Source of the DNA: Octopus sinensis
Taxonomy: Eukaryota
NCBI RefSeq assembly: GCF_006345805.1
Contig: NC_043014.1
Coordinates: forward strand, 18,600,001 to 18,664,000
Direction of reading: 5' to 3'
Length of the DNA stretch: 64,000 nucleotides
Shown here piece after piece: positions 1 through 13,926 of this stretch; position 1 is the first letter of the stretch, and each line of letters opens with the position of its first letter. A program made the position numbers and the translations under genes. The notes beneath the pieces are model-generated. The model was not told the origin of the DNA. It searched no databases and saw only the letters and a program-made list of their open reading frames with translations.

Positions 1-559
1 TTACTATTCTTTAATTGCAATTATTGTTGCTGTAATAGTAATTATTGTTGTTGCTTCTGCTGTTTGCAGTTGTAGCTGCTGTTGCTCTTGTTTCTGCTTT
101 TGTTGCTTCTACTGTTATTCTTGCAGTTGTAGCTGCTGCTGTTGTTGTTCTTCCAGTTGCTGTTGTTGCTGCTTTTGCAACTAGAGCAAACCGGCAAACA
201 ATTTTCCATAATTTTGCAGTTTTCTTTACCGTAAAATTCGCACGAAAATAAAACCTTTGCGCATTTGTTAATTCCGCATAGCCACTATTGTAATCCTTAA
301 TGTCGGATTATCATAACGCCCACTGTGATATAACAGTATAGTTAGTAAGACAAGTAAGACCACGACTACTTATGGCCGTCTACCTCGTACACTCTCTCTA
401 TACTGACCGACGTTCCCTTATTCATAGCGACTATCACATACCACTTGTCACGTAAGAGGGGTGTACCATAATTACTATTCTCCTCACAACAGTCTGCGAG
501 ATACTATCTGCCCCTAAGGATTGATATGTTTGCGACGACTATTTACAATGCTAACCGTA

Positions 560-1155
560 AGAAGAACTGCCTAACGTATACATCGAAGGCATGTCAGAAC
601 CAGCAGATGTTCACACATTTAAAAACAAGGAACATTCCAATAATACCATTAATTCGGTTCCAACATAGCACAATTGATATTGTTCTGTGAGACAGAACAA
701 GTGATATTGTTTGTGCAGAGGCCAGCTGCCTAACGGATGTGAATGTACAATCAAAAGTCCAGGAAAAAGAGAAAATTTATGTTGAATCAAAGTGTAACTT
801 ACAGCTTTTGTAGCTGGCTATCGATTCTCATTTCCACTAATCATTATAGGTGCATTACGTATGCGCCAACAAATTTGCACAAAAAACCCCAAAAAAGAAA
901 TACTCAGTTACAGGGAAAGAGAGCAAAAGAAACTGATGCGATTTCTTCAAATGCAATCTATTAGTGGCACAGTGAAGATTTGTAAGACATTCCAAAAATT
1001 CTCCAAGAGAGTTGTTCATGTGAATAGATGCACAAACTTGGGTGTATGCATCGCCAGTGCAACCAACACGCAATCTTAGCCACAAATGTACAAACATCGA
1101 GAACTGTCTTAATTCAAAAAGCCAATTTGTTAGCGAAAGGCTTTAACATTCTCAA
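560..1155 (+). mobile_element. Possible highly decayed piggyBac-like transposase 3' remnant
   Basis: Broken frames give loose matches to PGBD C-terminal motifs (…AA-NGW…SRKKRKFML…; KR-CHVNRCTN…C…C Cys-rich tail) and end in AAAGGCTTTAA near 1137-1146. Pattern recognition only; many frameshifts are needed. Confidence 0.3.
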
Positions 1156-1406
1156 AAGCTTAATCAAATTCAAAGAAAAATCATACATACATACGTAGTA
1201 GATGTCTACTTCTTATAGGGCTTGACCTATCTTGAGCCCTGAAAAGTGTATGAAGAGCTGATCACATATATTGCAGCATTGAACCATTTCGGCATAGTTG
1301 CATTTTCTGTTAGTTTATTATCAATATTCAAGTGCCACTGGAATCCTTCACGTTACTTGCAGGCTTTTTGACAGACAATGCATTTAAAGATACATACATA
1401 CATACA

Positions 1407-1440
<34 letters not shown>

Positions 1441-2739
1441 CATACATACATACAGACAGACAGACAGACAGACATACAACAACCCTTCTGTTTCTATCAT
1501 TTCTGACTTTCAACACAATCCATCTTATTCCATTACACTCTGGATTTGTATCTGTTTTTCTCTTTCTCTACGGCTTTTAAAGCAATTTTAATTTTACATT
1601 ATTTCTCTATATATTTATTAACCTTTCTCTATATCGCTGCCCTCACCTTTTTCTATATTCACGTGCCTTATATATATATATATATATTTTAACCGTTCTT
1701 TTCATTCACTCTCTGCCGTTTTACATACTCGTTCACGCCCAACAGTTTTCTTCTATTATTCACCTAACATTTTTCTATATTTTCCACATATTCTTCCCCA
1801 CCTTTACACACGTTGTAATTTAATTTGTTTTTCTGTTACCTACTACACCACTTTCTCTTACGTTTCCCCTTTTTTACTGCCTTATGGCTACACATTCACC
1901 TCCAGCCAACCAGCTGCACCCAACGCCTTTCATATCCACCCTTTGCCCATCCACGTAAAAAGGTGGGGAAATGCATACATCTCCCCATCTTTTACATTCT
2001 TCTAAATTCTTCCCGATAGAACTGCATTCCTATCCGGCTCCTAAACAGAATTTCTCTTCTCACATTTGCAACATTTCGCGTTTCTCTTTATTTCTTTTTC
2101 TGGTGAAAGACGTCCATAGATTTAAAGTCATTTTTCCCCCTTTAAAATTTTTTTACAAGATTGAACCTAATAGTACCATTGTGAAAACATGTCGCTTGTT
2201 GCGATTTTTGTTTATTTTGCTATTACATGGTATACATATATATATGCATGCATACATGGTGCTTGCATAATACATGGATATATATACAGACACGTATACA
2301 TACACACACACACATATATATACACACGTATATATATATATAAATATATATATATAATATATATAATATATATATATTATCGATCGCACAGACACACACA
2401 CACATATATATGCATATACAGTATATACATACACCCACTCATAGACACAGAGGTACATCGACATACGCAAACAAGTGCTATATAAGAGAAGCTAATAACA
2501 AGATAAAATATATTCTGTTATATTTAGTTGTTCTGAAGAACTGCACCAAACTTGATAACGATATTTCGTAGATTCGTTGATTAGATCAATCTAATCAGTT
2601 GTTAATTAATTAATTAGCTAATGAGTAACGAACCTGAAATTTCATACATGATATACTAGAAAATCATTAATCAGTTTGTTGTTAATGGATTTCCATTTTT
2701 TCACACCATCCTTCAAGATGGCGAAACACGTTACTGCAT

Positions 2740-2783
2740 ATACGTCTGTGTATATATATATATACATATACATAGACGCACAC

Positions 2784-2871
<88 letters not shown>

Positions 2872-2874
2872 TAT

Positions 2875-2907
<33 letters not shown>

Positions 2908-3021
2908 ATATACATATATATACATATGTATATATGCATACAAATATACATGTATATATGTGTATATACATATATACATATATATATATATGCATACATA
3001 TATACATGTATATATGTGTAT

Positions 3022-3084
<63 letters not shown>

Positions 3085-3100
3085 TAAACATTATATTATG
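2740..3100. repeat. Large (TA)n/(TACA)n/(GA)n microsatellite block, representative of dozens in the window (e.g. 4520-4770, 12240-12720, 36550-36880, 54860-55400)
   Basis: Directly visible dinucleotide and tetranucleotide repeats; these generate the YI/HT/CV-rich ORFs in the track. Confidence 0.97.
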
Positions 3101-3269
3101 CACATTCACTGACAAACACACACACATACACACACACATAACAACACGTCTATCTGTCCCTCTACAGATGGATCGATCTCTCAATCAATATTCATATTTT
3201 TACATTTCTTGTACGTTTGTGCATATGGGAGTATGTATGAATGTATCTGTGCATACATATATGCATACA

Positions 3270-3303
<34 letters not shown>

Positions 3304-3639
3304 TATGTATATAAGCGTACACAAACATACACTCACACGTAGGCGTACAAACACACACATATGCATTATGAATGGTTGAGTGAATTGCGGAAGCATAAAA
3401 GTTTCGTGATCACATTCATTGTGTTACAGATGTTTCTGCTATAAAGAAACAGAGCACACAGAGCTCAGTATTGGAGCAATATCATATAGAACATTCGGAG
3501 TTATGAAAATGAGGAACTCATCTTGATGTTTTCAAGGAGGCTATACAAATATTTAAAAGTACTAAGCTTTGTACGTATTGCTTTTTCTGTTTAAACATTC
3601 ATAAATCTTACACACTGTATTCTCGTAAGTACACTGAGT

Positions 3640-4280
3640 TCTAACAACTGGCTCAATATATCGCTTTGTCGCAGAGTCTTGTCCCCAGAATATGTACCGA
3701 GAGTCATAAAAATCAAACATGCAAATCAAACATTGTGCTAGAAGTGATTACTAATGATGGGGACGTTATTCCTCACACTGCCTCAGACTCAACACGGAGG
3801 CCTACATCAAGTGCTTAGAGGAGTTATGCTGCTCCGGGTGAAGAGCGTGGCTGCTGGAAGACACTATGAATGGCAATAGAACTCTCCACCATGTCACAAA
3901 AGCAAGGAGAACCGAGTCATGGCTGTCAGATAATTTCTGCGACTACATCACCCCTAACATCTGGTTACCTAACTCGCCAGATTGCAACCCTCTTGATTAT
4001 TATGTTTGGGGCACAGTTTAGCAAGAGACCAACAAAATTCCTTGTAACATCAAAGAGAAACTGAAAGCAAGGATTATGGTAGCATTCACCAACTTAAACA
4101 AGAAGAGTTGCCGCAAATTCCGAAGTCACAGGATGCCTTGCTTGAAGCCAACGGCGAGTTTAGTGAATAAATTTCAGAATATTTTTACGCAATTCCGGTA
4201 AATATATCTCTTAAAATGAGATGTCTGTGCTACTTTCATTTTTTGCATAATTTACAGTACAATTCATTCACCGCACCCTG
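3640..4280 (+). mobile_element. Tc1/mariner-superfamily DD37D (maT-like) transposase remnant with right end
   Basis: Conceptual translation gives …NTEAYIKCLEE…WQ*NSPPCH…WLSDNFCDYITPNIWLPNSPDCNPLDYYVWGTV…EANGEFSE*. There are 37 residues between catalytic positions 2 and 3 after correcting a 1-nt insertion, and the element ends …CACCGCACCCTG at 4280. Stops and frameshifts present. Confidence 0.85.
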
Positions 4281-4338
4281 TTTATATGTGTATGTGTATG
4301 CATGTGTGTGCGTGCGTGCATATGTATCTATATACATA

Positions 4339-4408
<70 letters not shown>

Positions 4409-4409
4409 A

Positions 4410-4531
4410 TATTGATAAAACGGTAAGATAACAAAAGAAAGAAAGAGACCTCAATATTATGTAAATAGAGGAAATTTATCTATACAATATGTTACATTAC
4501 TCGGTAACCGAGTAATGTAACATATTGTATA
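4410..4531 (+). repeat. Fragment of the PLE-terminal-type repeat also present at 20800-20870, ending in a perfect palindrome
   Basis: 4410-4475 (…GTAAGATAACAAAAGAAAGAAAGAGACCTCAATATTATGTAAATAGAGGAA) is nearly the reverse complement of 20801-20865. 4481-4531 is a 25-bp perfect inverted repeat with a 1-nt centre. Confidence 0.65.
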
Positions 4532-4646
<115 letters not shown>

Positions 4647-4663
4647 CAGACATATATATATAT

Positions 4664-4713
<50 letters not shown>

Positions 4714-5255
4714 CTATATATATATGTATATATATATATTATATATACGTATGTATATATGCACGAAATAATATATACACACACAAATGAACACAATGTC
4801 TGTGTATGTGCGTTTTTGTGTGCGTTTGTGCGTGTGAGCGTCTGTGTGTGTGTGTGTACGAATGTACGTACATACGCCCGCAAACTTACGCACGTCAAGA
4901 TAAGAAATATATTCAATACTGAGAAATGTCGGAATAATAAATTCGACAAATAATATTGGAATTGAAATACACGTTCATTTTTTGCTGAGGAAGGATTTGT
5001 ATTTCTTTTACACCAGTAGTAGAAGTAGCCGCAGCAGCAGCAGAATTGGTGAAGCCTTCTGGGAGAGGATATGTTGAAAAGTAGCAGATGTGAAAAAGAA
5101 AATATTTACTACCACAACGCGTGTATATATACACATACAGCGTGTGTATATATATATATATATATCAATACACACATATATATATATATATGAATACATA
5201 TATACAGATATATACATATACACGCACGCTCACGCACACGCACACACACAGAAAC

Positions 5256-5293
<38 letters not shown>

Positions 5294-5446
5294 TAGATAG
5301 ATATATAAGCATACACTTTTTATGAGTAAATACATACATATATTTCAATGTATTTATGCATATATTTATACTTATATATGTGTATATATAATTGCATGTT
5401 CATACATATGTATTTTATGTGCGTGTGTGTGTGTAGATAAAGATAC

Positions 5447-5494
<48 letters not shown>

Positions 5495-6124
5495 TGTATA
5501 TAAAATATATAAAAATATACATACATACACAGAATCACGCACATATTTATAAGTAACAGATGAAGCCGCCTTAGAGTCTCATGAAATAATATATTTTATA
5601 CTGAACACTTTTCTTTCGAAGGGATTTCCTGTTGTATTGTTTCACACTCGTCCTCTCCTTCCCTCCTCACCACATTTTTCCTGAAACCGAAAAACACTTT
5701 TCTCATCATTTTTTCTTCCTTTTCGTTTCAGTTCTCTTCTTTTCTGCACGTGAAATTTTTTTCTTCTTCCTGTTTCACTCTCTCTTTTCTTTCTCTGTCT
5801 ATGAATTTCTAATCCAACGCTCTCTATGTTTTTTTACGTCTATCTCTCGTTCTATGAATCCGTCAGCATCTCCTCTCTCTCTCTCCCTCTCTCCCTCTCA
5901 CTTTCAGTCTCTCTCACTCTCAGTCTTTCTCTCACTCCCAGTCTCTCTCACTTGTTCTCCCTCCCCTAGTTTCTCCCTTTCTCGCTTTCTCTCTGTCATC
6001 CTCTCTTCCCCCTCTCACTATCTCTCTCTCTGCTATTTTCTGTCATTTTAATTTTTACCCGGAAAATTTAATTAATTTCTCTTATTCATCAAGTAATTTT
6101 ATTTTAATCAACCTGCAGAAAACA

Positions 6125-6285
6125 ATGCTACAAAGTTTTCTTCTTCTTCTTCTTCTTCTTCTTCTTCTTCTTCTTCTCTTCTTCTTCTTCTTCTTCTTCT
6201 TCTTCATTTTCTTCAACTTCTTCATCTTCTTCACCTTCTTCATCTTCTTCTTCTTCGTCTCCACCTCCTCCTCCTCCTCCTCTTC

Positions 6286-6336
<51 letters not shown>

Positions 6337-6430
6337 GTACTACAACCACCACCACCACCACCATCACCACCACTGCCACTACCACCACCGCCACTACCAC
6401 CACCGCAACCACTACCACCACCACTACCAC
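6125..6430. repeat. Compound triplet microsatellite (CTT)n-(CCT)n-(ACT)n-(ACC)n
   Basis: Directly visible. Confidence 0.95.
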
Positions 6431-6472
6431 TATCATTGCTAGCACAAACACACAAACACATATGTGTATATA

Positions 6473-6620
6473 CGACGGGCTTCTTTCAGTATCCGTCTAC
6501 GAAATCCACTCGGCCCGAGTCTATAGTAGAAGATACTTACCATGGTGCTACGCAGTGGGATTGAACCCGGAACCATCTGTTTGGTAAGCAAGCTACTTAT
6601 CACACAGCCACTCTTGCGCC
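6473..6620 (-). mobile_element. tRNA-headed SINE family A, 5' part
   Basis: The minus strand reads GGCGCAAGAGTGGCTGTGTGATAAG…GGTTCAATCCCACTGCG (A/B-box-like), then …GACGGATACTGAAAGAAGCCCGTC. More than ten related copies occur in the window. Confidence 0.85.
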
Positions 6621-6669
6621 CATATATAAATTGCTTTTTATCATGGAACTGTGTGTGTATATATATATG

Positions 6670-6749
<80 letters not shown>

Positions 6750-7571
6750 CTAGAGTCTCACGCTCAAAGTGCCACGCAGTGGAACTGACCTCGAAACCAC
6801 AGAATTGTGAATTAAGTTTCTTACAATACAGTCACACTTGCGCCAAGGGAAATAATTGAAAATTCTATAGAAATATGATTGGCCATACACACACACGCAC
6901 ACATACACACAAACGCACACACACACACACATACACACACACACACACACAGACACGAAAATGTCTCTATGTGTGTGAGAGTGTATGTGTATGTTTATGA
7001 CTGAGAATCATCGAGAAAAGAGAGACACCCTCATAAGTATATACTTAATAATTTTAATTTGCTCTTTCAGACTTTCAGACTCAGACACATGCAGATAAAA
7101 CGGCCTAGAATTACATACATATGCTGGTTATCAACAAAACATTGCTAACATGAAGATAGAGTATTCAGCATGTTTTCTTCTACTCTCTAGAAAACATGAT
7201 TTCGTATCTCATCCTTGTACGCCGAAGAGTTGAGCTGAAGATTATAGAAACTCTGATGCTTTTCTAAAAAGTGATACATCATGATGTCATGCAGTCATTT
7301 TCTACTTTGTCCGTTCTATGTTTGTGTCTATAGTATCAATGTTTTCACCGTAAACAGATTCTACGAATCCATCCATCCATCCATCCATTAATCCAGCCAG
7401 CCAGCCAGCGAGCCAGCTAATTGCCCATCCATTTCTTTAATTTGCCAGTCATGTCTCCAACTTTCTTTTTATGTATATAATTACTTTGTATTTGATTATT
7501 TGAAGTGCCTGTGGTTGCTTCGAATTATTCTTATAAAACAGTGAACCATTAGTTTTCCAGTTGGTGTTTTA

Positions 7572-7834
7572 AAAAAGATAATAAATACGCCCTTTTTAAA
7601 GCCTAGCCAGGCTCTTGGGCCTGGTTTCCCGGTTTCTATGGCGTATGTGTACCCCAGCTGGACGGGACGCCAGTCCCATCGCAGCGTTACTCATTTTTGC
7701 CAGCTGAGTGGATTGGAGCAAAGTGAGATAAAGTGTTTTGCTCAAGAACACAACGCGTCGCCCAGTCCAGGAATCAAAACCACAATCTTACGATCATGAT
7801 GCTGACACCCTAACCACTAAGCCACGCGCCTCCA
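7572..7834 (-). mobile_element. tRNA-headed SINE with MetaSINE-like central domain
   Basis: The minus-strand head is GGAGGCGCGTGGCTTAGTGGTTAGGGTG…, the body is CTGCGATGGGACTGGCGTCCCGTCCAG…CATAGAAACCGGGAAACC, which resembles the Meta domain as I recall it. An imperfect ~14-bp TSD flanks it (CAGTTGGTGTTTTA 7558-7571 / CAGTTGGTGTATTA 7835-7848). Confidence 0.75.
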
Positions 7835-8648
7835 CAGTTGGTGTATTAGAAGAGCAATAATCTCATAAATCCACTTGTTCAAAAATACACGAAGTAAAAC
7901 TATAAAAAGTATGCTGATATCATACTCAAAGATACTTAAAACTATTAATATTTGAATTCTTCAACAATTGGAATGCATTCTGAAATTTGATTCTTTCCAG
8001 AAAAGTCATTCATATCTGATTTAAATACTTTTCGTGAGCTCCTCTCTGTATCACTTATTCCTTTTCTAAGTTATTCACGTTTCATTAGGCTTCCATGTGA
8101 AAGTCATCAAAAAGTGCTTTCATACAATTTGACATCACTGACATATGCAACTCTGCTATGAGAAAAAAAGTGGTTGCATATTTAGCGAAGATTGATGAGC
8201 GGTTCTACAAACACATTATAAGAATGAGGTTAAAGGGCTTCTCGTAATGGGCATTCACATTTTCATATATTTTGCAACCTTCTGTCAACCTTCTCTACTA
8301 TAGCGCAAACAAAGAAGACACGGAAATTGGGCGTAGCTACGCTGCATTCTTAAAATTATGGTCCCACACTGAAAAGAAATAAAATAAAGATAACATATGA
8401 AGTAAATGATTTAAATTTGATATATAAGGTAAATGTAATATCTGAAAAATATACATAGAATGATTTTTTTTTACCTTTAAATCTTCCAGTTGTGCTGCAA
8501 AAGATTGAAGTTTTACTATTCACATAATTCTTGGTTAATTGATCTGAATGCACAATAGAAATTCATACGAATCTTATTGTCAAAGTCCTTTAGAATTACG
8601 GCTATGAAGCGTCTACACGTCGACTCACCTGTCCACATTCTGCTGGAA

Positions 8649-8899
8649 CAGTGGTTTCCAACCAATTCTTGCCTATGGACCCCTTTGGTACCTATTTTAC
8701 TCAGGGTAGAGGAAACCACATAGCCATCCGTGTCTAAAAATTACTGTTATAAAATTTGATTCAATATTATGAAGAGTTGTAAATGTTTAAATATTTTGTA
8801 CGCTGTAGAAATATAACCGGGTCATTGCACATTAGTTTTAGGCACAAAATGTTGCATAGAGCTCCCAAGGGATATACGGACCCCGGCTGAGAACAACTG
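8649..8899. mobile_element. hAT (Charlie/MER5-like) MITE
   Basis: Imperfect 15-bp TIRs (CAGTGGTTTCCAACC vs reverse complement CAGTTGTTCTCAGCC, 11/15) with subterminal GGACCCC motifs at both ends. The 8-bp TSD is not preserved. Confidence 0.6.
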
Positions 8900-10825
8900 C
8901 ACTAGACTGTAAGTCAAGCCTAAGGATTCAACTACAGCTCAGTTCTTCTGCAATAAATGATAAATTATTAACTTGTAGTAAGAAAACTTTTGAAACTCTT
9001 CATCTATTTTGTTATCTCAGAAGCATGTCACTTTTGGTGCAGCTAAATTGCATACACCAAAACATGAAACAAGAATCTAAGAAGACTGTTTTGATGAGCT
9101 TAAATTCCTAATTAACCTTTTCTGGTAGCGAACGATTTACATTTTGTTTGATTTTATTGATGCTTGGTGGTTAAAAAGAACGGTGTGAAGTTTATATCAT
9201 AACGCTCAGCGTCACTGCCTTCTATAAAACCAACAGCACTGCGTCTTTGTCTTTTATGAACTCTTGGACGAAGATGCATCAGCCTTATTGATAGAAGAGA
9301 TATCGGCATATCTAACATGGTGTTTGTTATTATTTACACCAGTTAATATCATACACATAAAACGCTTCGGTACATCTTTTACATATGAGGTGACTCTGTT
9401 AGATAGTCATGCAAAACTACAAATCACTCCTGCGATACATCGTTTCTGTCCACGCTATTAACCAAAACATAAGGACATCATATTAATTTGCCTCCATTTT
9501 AATTTTTCAATTCACGATCGACATGCATGAGAACGGAAGCGTTTATCTTGGTCTCCCAATCTGATTCCAAACTGGACGTGGTAACATCATTTTACAAACT
9601 GAGTAATTTTCAGGCTGGTGATTAGGCAGTGTTTAATTGCCGCAAATGGAACAAAATCAGTTTTGCATTTTCTGTTAATGGTTAAGACATTTGCACCAGA
9701 TTTAAAAAGTAGAGGAAATGGAAACACACACACACATGCACACACACAAACACGCGCGCGCGGGCACCGCACACTCATCTTCACCAATCCTCTTAATATA
9801 ATGTCGGAAATAGCATTAATAGACTAATGAAAATAACCCCACCATAGTAAAACCGCCGCCAGCGATTTCTGTATGTATATTCTAATGTTTTTATCTAATT
9901 AAATAATTTAGTTAATTAATTAATTAATCAATGAATCAATTAATTAATTTGTATAGCTTCTTTAGAAGATTACTTTGTTATTCATTTACAAATATTTCAT
10001 TTCGAAAAAAATATGTTGGAAAAACAAAACGCTATTTATAATTTAAAAAAATTGATAAATGCCTCAGCTGATCAGAGAAAATGAATTCCAGAATTAAATT
10101 CAGTATTTGAGAAATATATAGAATCAGACTAGAAAATTGAGACGTGAAGATTGTCGCAGACCACCATAATTAATAATACCACGATGGTCCGTACTAGAAT
10201 ACTTTCGATCATAAGTTTGTTAGGTTAAGAGAGACGAGGAGTTAAATGGTAGTTTCAAACGTTGGCAGAAGGCCAGTAATTGCTCAACTGGTATTCATTT
10301 TATCGACCCCGGAAATATAACAGGCCAAGTTGTCCTTGTTGGCTTTTAAATCCAGTAGGTGAATTGAGAAGAAACGCCATTAGTGGTATTTTGTACGCCT
10401 TCCAGAAATTTAGTAATGATATAACTAACAAGGTAATTAAAAAATCGTTACGTATTGTTTGACCACAAACAAATATTTAAAAAAAGACTTACTGAATAAG
10501 AGTCTATATATCAACACTCGTAAAGAACTGTGCGCTGTAATCCCGAACATCAACTCTGATCTTACGTGAGTTTCTGTTGTATCAATTAGACCGAATAATC
10601 CACCAAACAATAAATGTCATGATTTTAATGTTTTAATCTCCTTTCTACTATTTTCCATTCTTTCACTAGTTTTACTAATTTCAATTTATTACTCGTTCAA
10701 CAAATTGGCTCAAAAGGTCGCAGATTTGTATGAACATCGGAGAAACTACACTTGCACTTACCGTCCGACTCTTTCGGCTGTGAGTTGAAACTGTACGATT
10801 GTCAACTTTGTCTCTGGGATAGATA

Positions 10826-11209
10826 GAAGGAGCACTCCGTCGGTTGCGACGATGAGGGTCCCAGCTGATACGATCAACGGAACAGCTTGCTCGTGATATT
10901 AACGTGCAAGTGGCTGAGCACTCCACAGACACGTGTACCCTTAACGTAGTTCTCGAGGAGATTCGACGTGACACAGAGTGTGACAAGGCTGGCCCTTTGA
11001 AATACAGGTACAAGAGAAACAGGAAGAAAGAGCGAGAGAAAGTTGTGGTGAAAGAGTACAGCAGGGTTCACCACCACCCCTGCCGGAGCCTCGTGGAGCT
11101 TTAGATGTTTTCGCTCAATAAACACTCACAATACCCGGTCTGGGAATCGAAACCGCGATCCTCCGACCGCGAGTCCGCTGCCCTACCCACTGGGCCATTG
11201 CGCCTCCAC
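10826..11209 (-). mobile_element. Full-length tRNA-headed SINE family B
   Basis: The head is GTGGAGGCGCAATGGCCCAGTGGGTAGGGCAGCGG…GGTTTCGATTCCC. A perfect 12-bp TSD CTGGGATAGATA lies at 10814-10825 and 11210-11221. A partial second copy is at about 52790-52975. Confidence 0.9.
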
Positions 11210-11316
11210 CTGGGATAGATAAGTTCCCATCGGGTTATGGATCAATTCAAATACATACAGATCTCTGCCAACATGCTAAAGACGAACATTTTAAAGTGCT
11301 ACCCAAGTACCTTATG

Positions 11317-11347
<31 letters not shown>

Positions 11348-11357
11348 CATACATACA

Positions 11358-11391
<34 letters not shown>

Positions 11392-11414
11392 CATACATAC
11401 ATATGCATGTGTGT

Positions 11415-11835
11415 GTGGCTGTGAGGTAAGTATCTTGCTTACCAACCAATCACATGGTTCTGGGTTCAGTCCCAATGCGTGGCACCTCGGGTAGATGTCT
11501 TCTACTATAGCCTCGGGCCGACCAAATCCTTGTCAGTGGATTTGGTAGACGGAAACTGAAGGAAGCCGGTTGTAATATATATATATGTGTGTGTGCATAT
11601 GTGTGTGTGTGTGTGTGTTTGTATGCATATGTGTGTTTATGTTTGTGCGTCTGCGTTTGTCTCCACACCATCGCTTGACAACTGATGCTGGTGTGTTTAC
11701 GTCCCCGTAAATTAGCGGTACTGCAAAGAGACCGATAGAATAAGTACTAGGCTTACAAGGAATAAGATCTAGGGTCGATTTATTTTTCTAAAGGCAGTGC
11801 TGCAGCATGGCCTCAGTCAAATAACTGAAACAAAT
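11415..11835 (+). mobile_element. SINE family A, near full length, with internal (TA/TG)n
   Basis: Head …GGTTCAGTCCCAATGCG, body …ATCGCTTGACAACTGATGCTGGTGTGTTTACGTCCCC…, tail …GACTGAAACAAATAAAAG-like; collinear with other copies. Confidence 0.9.
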
Positions 11836-11855
11836 AAAAGAATAGTAGAAAAGAA

Positions 11856-11927
<72 letters not shown>

Positions 11928-12277
11928 GATATATAGATACATGTAAAGACACACATATATGCATATATACATACAACATACCTATATAAACACACGGACA
12001 CTCATATCACCTAAGTATATATGTGTATGTGTGTGTGTGTGTGTGTGTGTATGTGTGTGTGTATGTATATATATATATGTATATATACATATATATCTGC
12101 GTATGAATTCGCATATGTGACTTTTGTGTAATTATAGATAAAGGGAATAATTAGGTTCAGTCTCATTATCTTGACATGTTATCTTCATAACGTTTTAAAT
12201 GTTATAAATATACATTGCATCTGTTCATGTATGTATGTATACATGGATGGATTTTTGGATGGAAGTATGCGGTGTGC

Positions 12278-12340
<63 letters not shown>

Positions 12341-13450
12341 TGTGTATGTATATAGATATATCTACATATACATGTGTGCGTGTGTGTTCGCATGTGTGTG
12401 TATTTGCGTACGTATTTATATATATGTACATCTACTTATATATTCGTCTATCTTTCTCTCTCTCAATTTATCTATCTATCTATCTGTCTATCTAACTATC
12501 TATCTGTATGTATGTCTGTTTGCCTGTCTGCCTGTCTATCTGTATATCTATCTATTCATGTATATATATATATATATACAAATATACACATACATACCTA
12601 CATACACACATACATACATACATACATACATACATACATACATACATACATACATACATACATACATACATGCATGCATGCATACATACATACATCCATA
12701 CATACATATATACATAAAATCCATTGGTATTCCTACACTATCATTCCAAATAATCTCATGTGTATCTTCGAATATATATCGTTGCCCAAAGCGCTTCTTT
12801 TTTAGAAAACTAAAAAATAGTTTCACCATACAATTTCTTTTTACATTAGCAACTGTTTCAGCTTAACAATGATACTTTGTTGGCTGCATAAAATCATAAC
12901 CCCATGCATCTATGATGTTTTTATTCGGAAATATGTTTGCAAAACTGTCTTATGTGAGGGTTTCTACACTTTTCAAAAGTGCTAAACCGTTGTACTACAC
13001 TTTGGCAATTTTCATATTTTGGCATCTGAAGCAGCTGAAGATACGATAATTTGACCAAAAGATCCGGCTATTGCAAGCAAAATCAAATATTGAAAAAAAA
13101 ATACGTATTTGGCCACATTTGGACATACGACAGCTCAACATAATAGCAACGATATATATGCATCCTTTTTTCGGCCGTCTTGGAAACATTTAAATCACTC
13201 GTACACTTGTGTGCGGCTCGTTCATTCCTCTCCAAAAACTTTCTGTAACATTGCGTAGGCCTGTAGGCAGGTATCGCCATCACAACCTTCTCTGATATAG
13301 TCAATGTGACGATCACACGCTACACACCTTCCTTCCAAACACTGCCATAAACAAGGGAAGTGAGCTAGAACGTTGAAACTTAGAGGTCAGAGCAGAGTTC
13401 AAAGTCAGTCTGTGTCAAGCGGCTTCACTCTGCTTGCAACAGCCGGATAA

Positions 13451-13511
<61 letters not shown>

Positions 13512-13528
13512 CTCTATCTCTCTATCTC

Positions 13529-13584
<56 letters not shown>

Positions 13585-13695
13585 AATGTATATATAAATT
13601 TAAATGAGGGTGAGAAATTAGATATTAATTTAATTAACATCAATTTAAACCAGTGGTCTAGCATATTAAAATTCTGAAGGTTCAGTAAATTGTAT

Positions 13696-13888
13696 GAGGG
13701 CGATGACCATCATGTGGACAAACCTTATGCTAGAAGTAGATCCGCTATGGTCTAACCACTAAGGAATGTTCTCAAGAAAAATTTAGCAAGATCATTTGCT
13801 AATTTTTTCTTGAGAACATTTCTTAGTGGTTAGCCCATAGCGGATCTACTTCGAGCATAAGGGTTGTCCACATGGTGGTCATCCCCTC
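13696..13888. mobile_element. Palindromic (foldback) MITE with mariner-like TA-GAGGG…CCCTC-TA ends
   Basis: Arms of about 94 bp with 6 mismatches and 1 indel around the loop GATCAT (13790-13795). Confidence 0.75.

Positions 13889-13926
<38 letters not shown>

Noticed and set aside
45-251. Hydrophobic 68-aa ORF resembling a signal peptide or TM protein
   Set aside because: Translation of degenerate (GTT/GCT)n low-complexity DNA.
2676-3314. Long YI/HT/CV-rich ORFs (also 4497-4949, 12171-12866, 49846-50349 and others)
   Set aside because: Dinucleotide and tetranucleotide microsatellites lack stop codons in some frames; there is no domain content.
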